NCBI GenBank assembly: GCA_026770705.1
Contig: JANJGN010000009.1
Span: 163,556,001-163,620,000, forward strand
Direction of reading: 5' to 3'
Length of the DNA: 64,000 bases
Origin: Isurus oxyrinchus
Lineage: Eukaryota
Below, one piece after another: positions 1 through 12,730 of this stretch. The notes beneath the pieces were generated by a model. The model searched no databases. It was not told the origin of the DNA and saw nothing but the letters and a program-made list of their open reading frames with translations. The translations under genes and the position numbers were made by a program. Each line of letters starts with the position of its first letter. The stretch's first letter is position 1.

Positions 1-200
1 GGAGGCTGAGGTGGAGGCCGTGGCTGAGCAGCTTCAGGTGGAGGCCGTGGCTGAGGAGGTTGAGGTGGGGGCAGTGACTGAGGAGGCTGAGGTGGAGGCA
101 GTGACTGAGGAGGCTGAGGAGGAGGTGGTGACTGAGGAGGCTGAGGTGGAAGCAGTGACTGAGGAGACTGAGGTGGAGGTGGTGACTGAGGAGGCTGAGT
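1..200. repeat. 27-bp minisatellite (GAGGAGGCTGAGGTGGAGGCAGTGACT)n, truncated by window start
   Basis: Direct tandem repeats visible. Confidence 0.9.
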
Positions 201-811
201 TGGAGAGTAAGAGAGAATGGGAGAGGTGATGAGAGAGAGTGGGAGAGAGAGAGACAAAGAGAGACCAAGATGGAAAGGTGGGAGAGTGATAGAGGGCAGG
301 AAACTGGAGACAGAGAGAGAGACAGTGGGAAAGGGGGAGAAAGAGAGTGGGAACACGGTGGGCAGAGAGAGAGAGAAAGTGGGAAAGGGTCAGGGTGGGA
401 AGGCCAGGCAGGGGGATCAGGTCAGGGACACAGGCCCATGCAAGCACATTCCTGGCAGGCCTGAGGGGGAGGGGATGTATCCAGGCTGGTTTGAGGATTG
501 GGTGGTCCTGACTCCCTCCAGGGGAAGGGGCTGTAGAAGAGAATTGAAAGTGAGAGGGGGGTGAGCCGCAGACTGCTCCGTTGGTCTCACCAGCACTTTC
601 ACCCCACTCCTCCAGTGAGGGGACTCACACGTTTTCTGGCAGAGGCAGCAACAGCCTCAGAGAAGGCGGCAACTGAGGAGGACACGGCAATGGCTGAAGT
701 GGAGGCACAGAAATGGGGGTGGAGGCTGCAGGTCTGGCAATACGGCAGAGGAGGAGTTGGCAAGGGCAGCGGAAGCAGAGGTGGTGGTGGAGTTGGCAAT
801 AGCAGTGGAGT

Positions 812-1190
812 TGACTGAGGAAGAGGCAAGAGTGGAGGAGGTTGAGGTGGAGGTGATGACTGAGGAGGCTGAGGTGGAGTCATTGGCTGAGGAGGCTGAG
901 GTGGAGTCAGTGACTGAGGAGGTTGAGGTGGAGGCAGTGACTGAGAAGGTTGAGATGGAGTCATTGGCTGAGGAGGCTGAGGTGGAGGTGGTGACTGAGG
1001 AGGTTGAGGTGGAGGCAGTGACTGAGGACGTTGAGGTGGAGGCAGTAACTGAGGAGGTTGAGGTGGAGGCAGTGACTGAGTAGGTTGAGGTGGAGGCAGT
1101 GACTGAGGAGGCTGAGGTGGAGGCAGTGACTGAGGAGGCTGAGGTGGAGGCAGTGACTGAGGAGGCTGAGGTGGAGGTGGTTGCCGAGGC
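812..1190. repeat. 27-bp minisatellite array (copy A)
   Basis: Same unit; reads EEAEVEAVT on + and TASTSASSV / PPPQPPQSL on -. Confidence 0.9.
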
Positions 1191-3099
1191 GATGGAGGTA
1201 GTGAATGTGGGGGTGGAGGAGGAGACATCAGCAGCGGCAGCAGCAGAGACAGTGACTGAGGCTGAGGAGGGGGAGGCAGCGGCTGTGACAGTGACAGAGG
1301 GAGAAGCAGCGAAGGCGGCAGCAGCAAAGGCTGAGGCCACAGTGAGGGAGGCTGTGGAGAGGGAGCTGGAGGTGGGGCAGAGGCAGCGAGGAGACGGTAC
1401 GAGACCAGGAGCAGCAACAAAACCTGCCTTGTGGTTTGTGAGGCTCAGGGCAATGGCGACTGAGAGTTGATATCTTCCATGTGCCATGTGTGTGTCTCCG
1501 AGTCAGCGCACCGGACCACACTGCTTCTGCCCGATTAGGGCGCTTCAGTGGAGTCCGACACCAGTCCAGTGCCACCCAGCTCCCATTCCCGAGGACAGGT
1601 GATGGAACCTGCCCAGTGCCAGGATGAGCTGCTTGGTAAGATCGGGAGGTGGGAAGTAGAGAAGGCAGCCGACCAGGAAAAGCTGGAGGATATCTCCAGG
1701 ATTACTGACTGTCTCCAAGAAGAAACTCTTGTAGCCTTCAGGCAGGGTATATATATGTTTATATAGCTGCAATTTAAAGTTACCTGCCACATCCCTTTTA
1801 ACACTTTCTAATGCAGCATCGCTCTGATCAGAATCAGATTTATTGGGGTTGTGCAAATGTCTCCCCAGCCTCTGATATAACAATAAAAAGCTGCTTTTTC
1901 CTTTCCAGTTGCAGTAAGAGGACTGTCCCAGCCTCTCACTGTGACAGGGCAGCCCAGGACTATGTCTCTCAGTGCAACACCCAGGAACACACACAGTGCA
2001 GCCCCCACATTGATTGTTCCAGTTGGTGGAGGGGCGGAAAGTGTGCATGTGGGAAGATATTGATTCTCACAACATTTCCATGGCTTTAACTCAGATTATT
2101 CTGAGTGTTTTGCCTGGAGTCAATTACAAGCAGCGTAGACAATGTCTGTGTTTTAATTGTGTCTGGCTGTCCTCGTTTTTCACAAGAAAATATGTGCAGA
2201 TTTTGTTCAACTTTTATTCTGAGTGTTTTTTCTGAGTTTATGGAGATGTAACCTCATATCAATTTAATTCAGAGCACCTTCATACACTCGCACACACCCA
2301 CACACACACACAAATATCCTCAATCACCCACACACCCACACACATACACACACACACAAACATGGGAATGCGTGATTTCAGTTCATTATTGACATTCTTG
2401 ATCCTCATTTGTCCCTGCAATATATAAGTGCACCAGCAATAAACACCAACAGATAAACGGGAAAAGTAACCAGTTTGGACCAGTACTACCTACATCACCA
2501 GTATTTCTGGCTGTTCCTACTGGGCGACCGGTAATACCGGTGATATTGACAGTTTTACTGGTCCTACCTAGTTCAGAACTGGTCTTCATTTACCAGTTTG
2601 GAATTAGGATCTACTGGTGCCGGTATTACAGGGACTTCCTTCTGGGAATGACAATAAATGAATGTGCTTCTCAACTCACTGCATTGTCAACCTGAGGTCC
2701 ATTGCTTTAGACATGTAAGAGTGAAGACTTTACCCATGTGGAACAGATTGCCTTTCGAGGCCTGAGCTTCTTTCCGGTTTCAATGGTTGAAAACTTTTTG
2801 TTGTGTACAGAATGGTGAGGGTGGATGTTCAATCCTAAATGAACATTGTTCAGTTTCAGCGCAATTCATTAACTCCACAACTAATTTAACAATTGATGAC
2901 CAACGTAAATAGAGTTAAACTGAAAAAAATGTTTTCAAAGCTGTTGCACCTTGTCATGTAGATGGTGGCTTGAAACCACAAGAAAAATGTGCTGCTATTG
3001 TTAGGATTGAGGTGTGACAGAAAGCTGTGAATGTACAACAGGTGTTAGTCACAAAATGAAGGGTTGTGTTTGCAAATGCGAGAAGAAGAAGAACTGCAT

Positions 3100-6000
3100 T
3101 GTTACAGGGCAAACACGTTGGCAGTAAGTGTTTGAAGGTTAAGCAGCTTCAGCTCAGAACAGACACTGAGACACATCAGGGAGAAGGAAAGTTACCTGGA
3201 TTCTTTGTGCCAGGAGGCAATCACAGATCTTAGGACAGGGTGAGTGTGACTGCGAGTGCGGCAGGTAAAGGGACCCAGAGGGCAGGAGCGCAGGAGCCTC
3301 AGCCTTTACAATTGTTCTACAGGTCTGAACTTTTCTCAGCTTGTTTGGACAAGAGCAGCGGGTGAGCAGGGGGGATGAGCGAACTGACCATGGCACCATG
3401 GCACAGGAAGCCATCCAAGTGGGGGGACCAAACAGGAATGTAGCGGTAGTGAGGGATAGTATAGTCAGAGGGATTGACTCTGTTCTCTGCAGCAAACAGC
3501 GTGAGTCCACACAAGCAAGTTGCCTGCCCGGTGCCAGGATGTGGGACGTTGGCTCGGGGCTTGGGAGGAACTTGCATTGGGAGGGGGAGCACCCAGTCAT
3601 CGTGGTCCATGTAAGCACCAACGACATAGGCAGCACAGAGAAGGTGGTTCTGCACAATCAGTATGAGGAATGAGGCATCAGATTAAGAAGCAGAACCACA
3701 AAGGTCATAACCGATGGATTATTACCTGAGCCATGTGCAAATTGCCACAGGACAAATCAGACTCAGGAAGTGAATGTGGCTCAAAGGCTGGTGTGGAAGA
3801 AGTGGGTTCTGGTTTGTAGGGCACAACAACCAGTACTGGGGAAAGTGGGATCTGTACCATTGGGATGGTCTACACCTGAACCGTGCTGGGACCAGTGTTC
3901 TTGCAAGCCACATAACTAGGGAGGTAGAGAGGGTTTTAAACTAAATAGTGGACAACAGATCATATTTGGGATAATGTTGTAATTCAAGGAGCAGAAACAA
4001 GTCAAAAGATAAAGGTATTATTAGGAAAAATGAAAAACAGACACTGACAAGGGGGGATAGAGAGAACAAATCTAACAGTAAATCAACAGATGAAACTAAA
4101 AGTTTTTAAAAGCATAAAAGGATAAAACTAAAAGCTCTGTATCTGAATGCACGTAGCATTCAAAACAAAACAGATGAACTGAGAGCGCACATAGAAATAA
4201 ATAATTACAATTTGATAGCCATTACGGAGACTTGGCTGCAGGAGGACATGGATTGGGATGTGAATATTGAAGGGTACAGGGTACTTAGGAAAGATAGGAA
4301 GCGAGGAAAAGGTGTAGCGGTGGCTCTGTTAGTGAATGATGGTATTAGTACAAGAGAGGAAGAAATAATTGGAGCTTGTCAGAAAGTCATGGTGATAATC
4401 ATGGGAGACTTTAATTTACATATAGAATGGAAAAGTCAGATGGGCAAAGATAGCCTAACAGAGGATTACATTGAATGTTTTCAAGATAGTTTCTGAGAAC
4501 GGCATGTTCTGGATTCAGCCAGACAGCAGGCTATACTAGACCTGCTATTGTGCAATGAGATGGGAGGAATTAACAATCTCACCATGAAGATGCCCCTAGG
4601 AAACAGTGAACATAATAGGATGAATTTTACATTCAGTTTGAAGGAGAGAGGAGTGGGTCTGCGTCTAAGGCGGGGATTTTTGGGCCCTGCTGCTGGTGGG
4701 ACTCGCTGTGGGGGAGGCAGTTCCCCAGTCAGAAGCCCCACTGACTTGCGACAGGACAGGAAGGGCCGGCGAGCGGGTGTGGAAAATCCCACTGTAAGTT
4801 TTTAAACTTTAATAAGGGCAATTATAAGGACATGAAAGCTGGGATGGCTAAAGTGAATTGGCAAAATAGGTTAAGGGACAGGTCAATCAAGATGCAATGG
4901 CTCATATTTAAGGGGATATTTCAGAATGCACATTCCAACGAGTAAGAAAAAGTCTAAGTGACGGACACACCATCCGTGGTTAACTTGAATGTTTAAACAT
5001 AGTATCAACCTCGAAGGAAAAGTATATAATTCTGCAAAGAGAGGTGGCAGGTCAGAAGATTGGACAGAATATAAGGAACAGAAAAGAATGACTAACAGAC
5101 TAATAAGAAGGGAAAATTTAGTCTATGAGAGAATATAACAGGAATATAACAACAGATAGGAAGAGTCTTTATAAGCACGTAAAAAAGAAAAGAGTGAACA
5201 AAGTGTGTGCTGGTCCTATAGAAGGTGAGCCTGGAGAATTGATAATGGAAAACAAGGAGATGGCAGATGAATTGAACAGGCATTTTGCACCAGTCATATT
5301 GAAAATGTTAGAAGCTATTATTAAAGAAATTATAGCAGGACACTTGGATAAGGTCATGGTCACCAGGCAGAATCAACATGGTTTTGTGAAAGGGAAATCT
5401 GTTTATCCAGTTTTTTGGAGTTCTTTGAGGAAGTAACATGTGCTGTGGATAAAGTGGAACTGGTGGATGTACTGTACTGAGGTTTCTAGAAGGCGTTTCA
5501 TAAGTTATTGTGGAAAATAAAAGCTCACGGTATAGGGGGTCACATACTGGTATGGATAGAAAACTGTCTGGCTAACAAGAAACAGAGTAGGCATGAATGA
5601 GTCTTTTTTAGTTTGGCAAGATATAAGAGTGTTGTGGCACAGGGATCAGTGCTGGGACCTCAACAGTTTGCACTTAATATCAACGACTTGGATGAAGGGT
5701 TTGAAGGGATGGTTTCTGAATTTGCTGATGACACAAAGATAGGTAGAAAGTAAGTTGTGAGGGGGACATAAGGAGGCTACAAAAAGATATAGATAGGTTT
5801 AGACATTGGACAAAGATCTGGAAAATGGAGTATAATGTGGGAAAATGTAAAATTGTCCATTTTGGCAGGAAGAATAAAAGAGAAGCTTGTTGTCTTAATG
5901 GTGAGAGATTGCAGAGCTCTGAGGTGCAGAGGGATCTGGCTGTCCTAGTGCATGAATCACAAAAGGTTAGTATGGAGATACCGCAAGTAATTAGGAAAGC

Positions 6001-6465
6001 TGATAGAATGATTTCATTTATTGTGAAGGAGATTGAATTCAAAAGTAGGGAAGTTATTCTTCATCTGCATAGGGCACGAGTGAGACTACATTTGGAGGAC
6101 TGTGTACAGTATTGGTCACAATATTTAAGGAAGGATGAAATGCATTGGAAGCAGTTCAGAGAAGGTTTACCAGGCTAATACCAGGAATGGGTGGATTGTC
6201 TAATGAGGAAAGGTTGGACAGACTAGGCTTCTATCTGCTGGAGTTTAGAAGAGTAAGAAGCGAATTGATTGAAACATATAAGTTCCTGAGGGGTCTTGAC
6301 AGGGTGAGTGCAGAGAGGATGTTTCCTCTTGTGGGAAAATGAGGGGTCACCAATTTAGAACAGAGATTAGGTGATTTTTTTGAACTCAGAGGCTCGTGAG
6401 TCTTTGGAAATCTCTTCCTGAAAAGGTGATGAAGGGGAGGCTTCGAATATTTTTAAGGTAGAGGT
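3100..6465 (+). mobile_element. Degenerate CR1 LINE (SGNH esterase ORF1 + APE/RT ORF2)
   Basis: VVRDSIVRGID, CLPGAR, VHVSTNDIG, DGLHLN (ORF1); IAITETWL, MGDFN, NQHGFVKGKS, YNVGKCKIVHFG, EAVQRRFTRLIPGM (ORF2); many stops and deletions. Confidence 0.9.
4669..4794. mobile_element. Small Harbinger/Tourist-type MITE inserted in CR1 ORF2 (also at ~34141-34266)
   Basis: Imperfect TIRs GGCGGGGATTTT / AAAATCCCACTG flanked by TAA on both sides; interrupts the CR1 reading frame. Confidence 0.55.
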
Positions 6466-6610
6466 GGAGTGGTACAAATCAGCAGTAACTTGTGGCAACT
6501 CACGATTCATTGGCTTTTTTCTTCATCGTCAAAAGTTGCTGATGATTTTCACATTAAAAGAGGTGTTTGTTGTTCATATCCCATTATATTTTCAGTACGT
6601 TCTAGCCCAT

Positions 6611-7200
6611 TGTTATAGAGTTGATTTTCCAGGCAACTTTTCTGGGTGGAAACATTGAACTTTATTTACAAGACAGCAGCAGCAGCTACATGTGTGTATC
6701 TAACTCTATAACTAAAGGACAAATCCCGTGGAGGTTCCCCATGCTGCAAATTGGTTGGTTTACACAGATCATGTTCTCTTACAACAAAGGATTATTCTTA
6801 ATGTTACAGTCCTACATTGATCAAAACTATAATTATTACATTCCTCACCCTTTACCTTTTCTGTACATTTGTATTTACAAGGATGTTGATCTCATAACAT
6901 TAAAATACTTCCACAGGTCATGAAATTATAAGCTTGGTCTTTCAAATGGTTCCATGTGGAACGTTTTAGTTTCATGACCTCAGATTCTCTGACAGGAACC
7001 ACAGTCTCTGCAATAACATCAGGTACCTCATTAGACACAGGCAGATCAGTGTCGTCCACTCCGACAGAGACATCGGGCATGACTATCCTTGGCTGTACAA
7101 TTTTAACAGGAACAACAGGTTCAACAATGGCTACAGGTGGAAAATTATTTTGTGGGGTATCTCCATTCGTTTTAAATCAATCAGGAGCTTACCGGTGATC
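6611..7200 (-). mobile_element. Gypsy-type LTR retrotransposon remnant: integrase C-tail, polypurine tract, 3' LTR (6611-6840); copy at ~36089-36690
   Basis: - strand KLKRSTWIRKPLERPSL* in copy B resembles the RRSxRxRKPPERL end of Gypsy pol; PPT GGTAAAGGGTGAGGAA precedes TGTAAT; TG...CA termini. Confidence 0.55.
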
Positions 7201-7499
7201 TACAAAGATTAGTAAATAAAACCAAAATATTAAGAAATCTCTGTATTCAATTTGACAACTAAATTTCAGAAATGAAAAAAATACTTCTGTTCCTGTGGGG
7301 TTTGTGGAAATTGGGAGGGGGTTCCTGTTCTAAATCACTTCACAATTCAGTATAAATACTAGCTCAGCTCATCATTATCCATATGTTCTAACTTTTTAAC
7401 ATTCTTGTTTTCAGGATTTTATATCCTTTCAATGAAAATTAGTTTAGTTCTTTTGTTAAATATAACTGACAGAAGTTCAAGTTCTCAGGGGTCAGATTT

Positions 7500-7657
7500 C
7501 ATCAGCTGCCTTAATGTGGTTTCATGACCTGGCTTCCTGCTATCTTCTTCCTCATTTAAATTCCTTGTATCATTTATATTAGACAATTATTTCAACGTGA
7601 GAAACAAGAGCTGAGTGTCTGGAAACAAGTTCTGTCCTGATCTTTGTGAACAAAACG
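7500..7657 (+). promoter_or_regulatory. Putative proximal promoter of gene A (E-box, RUNX, two ETS cores)
   Basis: CAGCTG 7503, TGTGGTTT 7515, GGCTTCCTG and CTTCCTCATTT within 160 nt of the ATG; motif match only. Confidence 0.35.
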
Positions 7658-7694
7658 ATGTGGATTTTGATTCTCCTCATTAGTTCTCTGCCCG
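7658..7694 (+). CDS. Gene A (activating-type CD300/pIgR-like Ig receptor) exon 1, leader MWILILLISSLP
   Basis: ATG at 7658, hydrophobic signal peptide, phase-1 donor G|GTGAGT; identical exon in copy B at 37142. Confidence 0.85.
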
Positions 7695-9549
7695 GTGAGT
7701 GACAGCCAGAGCTGGATGTTCCGATATTCTGAGTTGGTTTAACTCTCGTGCGCTGGTTATACAGGAGATGTTTAAATATTTGGAGACATGCAAAGGCACA
7801 AGAGAGGTCTTGGGCACAGTGGGTAGTGTCTCTGTATCTGAGCCAAAAGCTCTGTGTTTGAGTCCCACTTCTGTTCTTGTTGAGAATGGAAGGCGCGTTC
7901 TAACCAGGACCAACAGATTGATTATCAACCTGAAAATCTTCCAACAGACCGAAGGCTGGTGGTAAGAGGGTTTAAGATCCCAGTCCAACATGTTTGATGT
8001 GGAGTGGTGCCGCTCATTCTGTTGTCTCCGGAGGTTAGTGACCTGTTCCAGGGAAAACAAGCTTTGGAAAGCAAAAGTAAACATGTGCTTTGTCTGCCGC
8101 ATCCGTCTCTAGATGTGGGAAGTCTCCTAAGTCTAAAGGCACAGAATAGTCAGCAAAACCAAATGAGTAATAATTGTGAAGTATTTTATTACCCTGTGAA
8201 TTTACTATCACACCATGGGAATAGTTAACAAATAAACTGAACTGCATTATTAATTATGAATGATAAGTAAAGGAGAATTCAATTTTCAGAAAGCTATGCA
8301 ACATTTTGAAAATGAAAACCTTTTTTAATTGGTAATTTTCAATATAATCTGATGTCCAGTATACACTGAAGACTGCAGCGGTAATAATCCCACAAATAAA
8401 ACATGTCCCAAGTTGGCGAATATTTCTGTTTTTTAAAGTACATTTGATGAAATATTGTGTTATGAGGCTCTCTCAGTGACACTGTTCCTCACTGGTAGAT
8501 GGTTGGTCTACATCACTCTTCTCATAAGTAGCCTTTTCTTGTTCATTCTTTAACTTTAAGAAACTAGATTTTGCTCATCACTCAGTATTGCCACCTCTCC
8601 ATCATTTTCGATGAATCTATTTTATAACACACAATGTTAAACTCCCAGCCCCATCTGCTCTTAACCACCTCCCCAAAATAGTTTGTGCCTCTAGCTGATC
8701 AATTTTATGCAGAATACTTGATGTACTTATGGACAGGAAACTGAATCATGTTTCTGTCTGTTTGGCAATCTTCTTCTTTTCAATCCTTCCTCTTTCTGAT
8801 CTGATCTCTTTCCCATTCCCTTTTCATCTGTAACTTTCCCTGTATCTTTTTCCTTTTCTTCATTTCTCTCTAGCCATTTAATTATTTTCAATCCCTCTTT
8901 TGTTATTTTAGTGCAAACTCTTTCTCAACAGCATGAGTTTCTCTCCCAGCAAGGCCATTGGTCTCATGAACGTTCAAGTCAAGGCATCCAAATCCCTACC
9001 TCAGGAATCCATCCATACTGTAAGGCCACCTATCACACAACCTCGCAAACTTTCAAGACCTTCAAATCCTACCTTTGGACATCCCTAACTCATTCAAGAT
9101 CTGAACAACCCCTCCTGCAAGGACACAAACCTACCCCGCACCCCACCCACCTCAGATCAGAGCAGGGAACTGTCGGCTCCTGTGACCCCCTCCACACTGC
9201 TCCCCAGCCGACTGCAAATCAGGCCTGTCAATCAGACTGGTTTCTGGCTGTGGAACCTCCTGATGATGTCAAACGCAGTCTAGGGTGAAACCCCAAAATA
9301 TGAGGCAGAACCCCAATTTCCAGGTTCCCTCACTCTACCAGCCCCTGCCAATATGTCAAGAAAATGTCCCAATTATCTCACGAGTATATCATTGTCTGAG
9401 ACGTGCTTTGGAACAGAGTGAGGCTCTGATAAGTGTCTATATGAATGATTACTCTCATCACAAACTTGATGGAATTTAACTCATTAAAATGTATCTGTTT
9501 GAATTAAGCAGTTATTTCCTGTTCAATTCCTGAAATGTTGTCTCCTCAG

Positions 9550-9864
9550 TTTCAGGTGCATTGTGGGCAAAAGAGAGAGTAACAGGAGTTGTGGGAAGAG
9601 CGATCACAATAGAATGTCACTATGATGCGTGGAGGTACAAGTCACATATAAAATATTGGTGTCGCGGCTGGACTCGCCAGTGTAATGTTGTAGCATCGAC
9701 AAATTGGCCAAATGGAAGAATATCGATCACAGATAACAAGTCACAAGGATTATTTATTGTTACTATGGAGAATCTTCACTCAGGAGATACAGGATGGTAC
9801 AGCTGTGGTATTGAAGCAACTGGCCACGATCCAATGTTTAATGTAAAGCTACAAATATCTTACG
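9550..9864 (+). CDS. Gene A exon 2, V-set Ig domain of CD300/pIgR/TREM type
   Basis: Acceptor TCTCCTCAG; ITIECHY...KYWCRGWTRQC...DTGWYSCG gives the B-strand Cys, C-strand Trp, DxGxYxC and the extra C-C' Cys pair; 315 nt, phase 1/1. Confidence 0.92.
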
Positions 9865-10141
9865 GTACATTTCTTACGGATTTTCTTTATTACTCTCGAC
9901 TGAAATGTCTGCTCAATGTTTTATCTGGGAGGAAACATGACAGCTCCGATATCCCGAGGCTCCACAGCAATGCAGAGTCTTAAAGGTAAAGGGCAGAGGT
10001 CGGGAAATCCAACTCATGTTACCCAAACCCAATTCATGGCCTGTCCAACATGTCAGAGTTGAACTTTACAAGTGAACTAAACGGAAATTGAGAAGTTGTT
10101 TTGATGGTAAAAGAAGCCTCTTTATTAATTGTTGAGACATT

Positions 10142-12730
10142 GGGCTGGATATTCAGCCTCAAAGCGGGTAGGGGGAATTCGGAAAATTCCCCGCTCGGCC
10201 TTGGAAGAAAGTGCCCACAAAGGTGGGATTCCCATTGCTGGGAGCTGTGCCCGGGCTGCAGTCTGGCCAGCCACACCAGGAAGAAATGCAGAGGCAGCCA
10301 CAGGGGCTGCCGGCTGCGGAGACGGGCTGTTTAAAAGGCCCCTCCTTAATGCCCTTGGACTTTGTAACAGCTAAAATCAAAACACAAAGGCCCTTCACCC
10401 CTCACCCCTCACAGCCCACAAAGGGGGTGGATGTGAGGGGAAAATTTGTCATGAGGGGGCTTGGAGGTGGGTGGAAGTGTACAGCTTGAAGTCAGGAGCA
10501 TGAGGGGGTATAAGGCGTGGGTATAGGGATAGAGGGGGAACGAAGGGCCAAGCGGGTTGGATGGGGGTGTGACTTGACATAGCGGGCATGAAATGCACCT
10601 TTTGAACTTAGCTGTTAAAAGATCCCCTCATGCAGACCAGTGTTTACAGCTCCTCTGAGGGGCTTTGGATTACGACTCATTCAAAACCTGGCCCGAGTCC
10701 ATGAAAATTGCAGAGGAGTAGGACGTCACTTTGGTCTGAAGGCTGCACAAAGCACAGGGTAGAGGCCCTGGACTGAGACACCAGCCTTTATCTTGTACAG
10801 AAAGTGTTCACATGTGAGTGACATGAACATTGCTCATCAAAACAAGGAGCGATAGGCAGGGAGACATTCTTTGGAGTTTATTGACAACAATGAACAGTAT
10901 GTACAAGTGATTAACACCCGTGCCCAGGACGTGAAACTACATCTCCTCAGCCACGCGGTGTCTGGCGGCACCGTCGAGACCTTCTGTGCTCAGTGGGTGA
11001 CCACGGGGGTTGGGGTCCTTTATCCAGCCTCTTAATCACATTTTGGTTTGATGTTGTAAGTGTCCTTTAAATCATGTCTTTGGTTTTGCAGTGACCCTAA
11101 CTTAGGGGCTGCGTTTTATATGATCCCTCATTTTGTTAATTTAGTTTATTGGGTTGGCTTTAAAAGAGCTACATCTTCTCAACTTTCCTAATCCTCCCGC
11201 TACATCTTGGTGCTCTGCAGACATCCACAGTGGAGGTAAAGACAGTCTGCTGACTGCTATGCTCTGTCTGTGATAACTTTGGCGGGCGTCCTCTGGAGGC
11301 CTGAGGCCTGGAGGGCCCCGGCTTCCTTTCGAGGTCCTACTGTGTGGCATTAGCACCCTCCTTGGCCTGTGGACTTGGAGCTGTCAAGGTCACAGTAAGA
11401 GGGGAGTTACCAGGATGAATGGCCCCGGAGGGTACACATGTTGATCCTTCTCGCTATGGGTACCCAATGGCCATTGGCTGAATCCTTGAGGAGCAGGTGT
11501 AGCTGGAGTGAGATCGAGCTGCCTGCACCCCTCTCGCATACACACTGTCAGGGGCCAACTATACATCAGCAATGGAGTTCAGCCCCGCAGCAATGTAGGA
11601 ACGATGCCCTGGACCAACGTCTCCATGGCAGCTGCCATCCTACCAGTGTTGACCTCGGTGCAGTGACATGCCGGCGCTATCACCTCAGAGTGCAGGCGGA
11701 CGGACTCCTCCATTGTGCCTTGCAATCTGAGGGGTGCAGCAGATATCCCTTCCTGATGTTCCCGCGTTGGCCTTTCCAGCTCCAGCAACTGTGACATGAC
11801 CAAATCCAGAAACGCGTCACCTGACTCGACCTCAGCAAATTTATGGCCTCCAGCTGCCCACTGAGTGCTGGACACCTGGGAAGCCCCTGCCGCTGCCAGC
11901 TGTGGATCAGGCAGTGCAATTTGCTCACCAGCTGTGACCCTGAGTCTACTCTAAAGCTAGATCTCACCGAGGGGTGTGCCTCTGCGCTGGTGGAGGGTGT
12001 GGGTGAGGGCAGTGACGGTACATCAAGGAGGGTCCCTCCAGGTTCCTCTTCAGAGATTTCTTTGGGGATTACTTGGTGTCCCTGGGTCTCCATCGGCTGT
12101 TTCCCAGATGTGCATGTGGAAGCAAGTGGAAATATTTTGTGCATGGCAGTGGCCTGTGAAACAGGACACATCACTCACAGCATGGTTGTCTGATGGATGT
12201 TGCACTGCTGGACCCTCACTTGGCTGAGCACCGCCGACCTCACCGTCAGCACAGGATTGGTCCAGGCCGTTGCCGGCCAGCTGGATGGCTCTGTTTACAA
12301 AGTACTAGTACTGTTCAGGAACATGATGTTCATATTTTCATACATGTCGCTGAATTTGTCAGTCACATTTACGCCTCTATTATCAACCAAAGAGCGGGAT
12401 TGTCCCCGATTTGCGCTAAGTGCGTTAGTGGGCGGGGAAATCGATGTTTTACCCACCGGCCACAATGGGGGGTTTTCAGGTCGCATCTTCCCAAACCCAA
12501 CGCATTAGTTATGCATTCCTGGGAAACATACCATTTCCATGGTGGGTGGGATCTCATTCACCCCAAACACCATCACTTCACTGCTTCATCAGGCCCAGCA
12601 CCATATGTAAAGTCCAGCCTCGTGCACACATCTCAGTGTTTCCAACCCAGGACCACAGCAGGGAAGATATCCCCAAGAGGCAAAAAGACTGTAGCTCCCA
12701 GGTTTAGTGAGCTGTCACTGTAACACATTG
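10142..12730 (-). mobile_element. Rearranged Harbinger-like element with Myb/SANT gene remnants (intron 2, copy A)
   Basis: GGGCTGGATATT end; - strand coiled-coil exon MSQLLELERPTREHQEG homologous to 25453-25677; inverted 5' piece 12391-12730 with RGKKTVAPRFSELSL. Confidence 0.7.
10952..11168 (+). mobile_element. Tx1-clade LINE 3' fragment with ~15-bp target duplication
   Basis: Homologous to ORF2 end/3' UTR at 47030-47243; ends AAAAGAG; flanked by CTACATCTCCTCAGC (10937) and CTACATCTTCTCAAC (11169). Confidence 0.75.

Noticed and set aside
9550-9900. Rearranging Ig/TCR/IgNAR V segment
   Set aside because: The exon includes the G strand and ends in a splice donor; no CACAGTG heptamer/nonamer RSS; Cys pattern is CD300/pIgR-type
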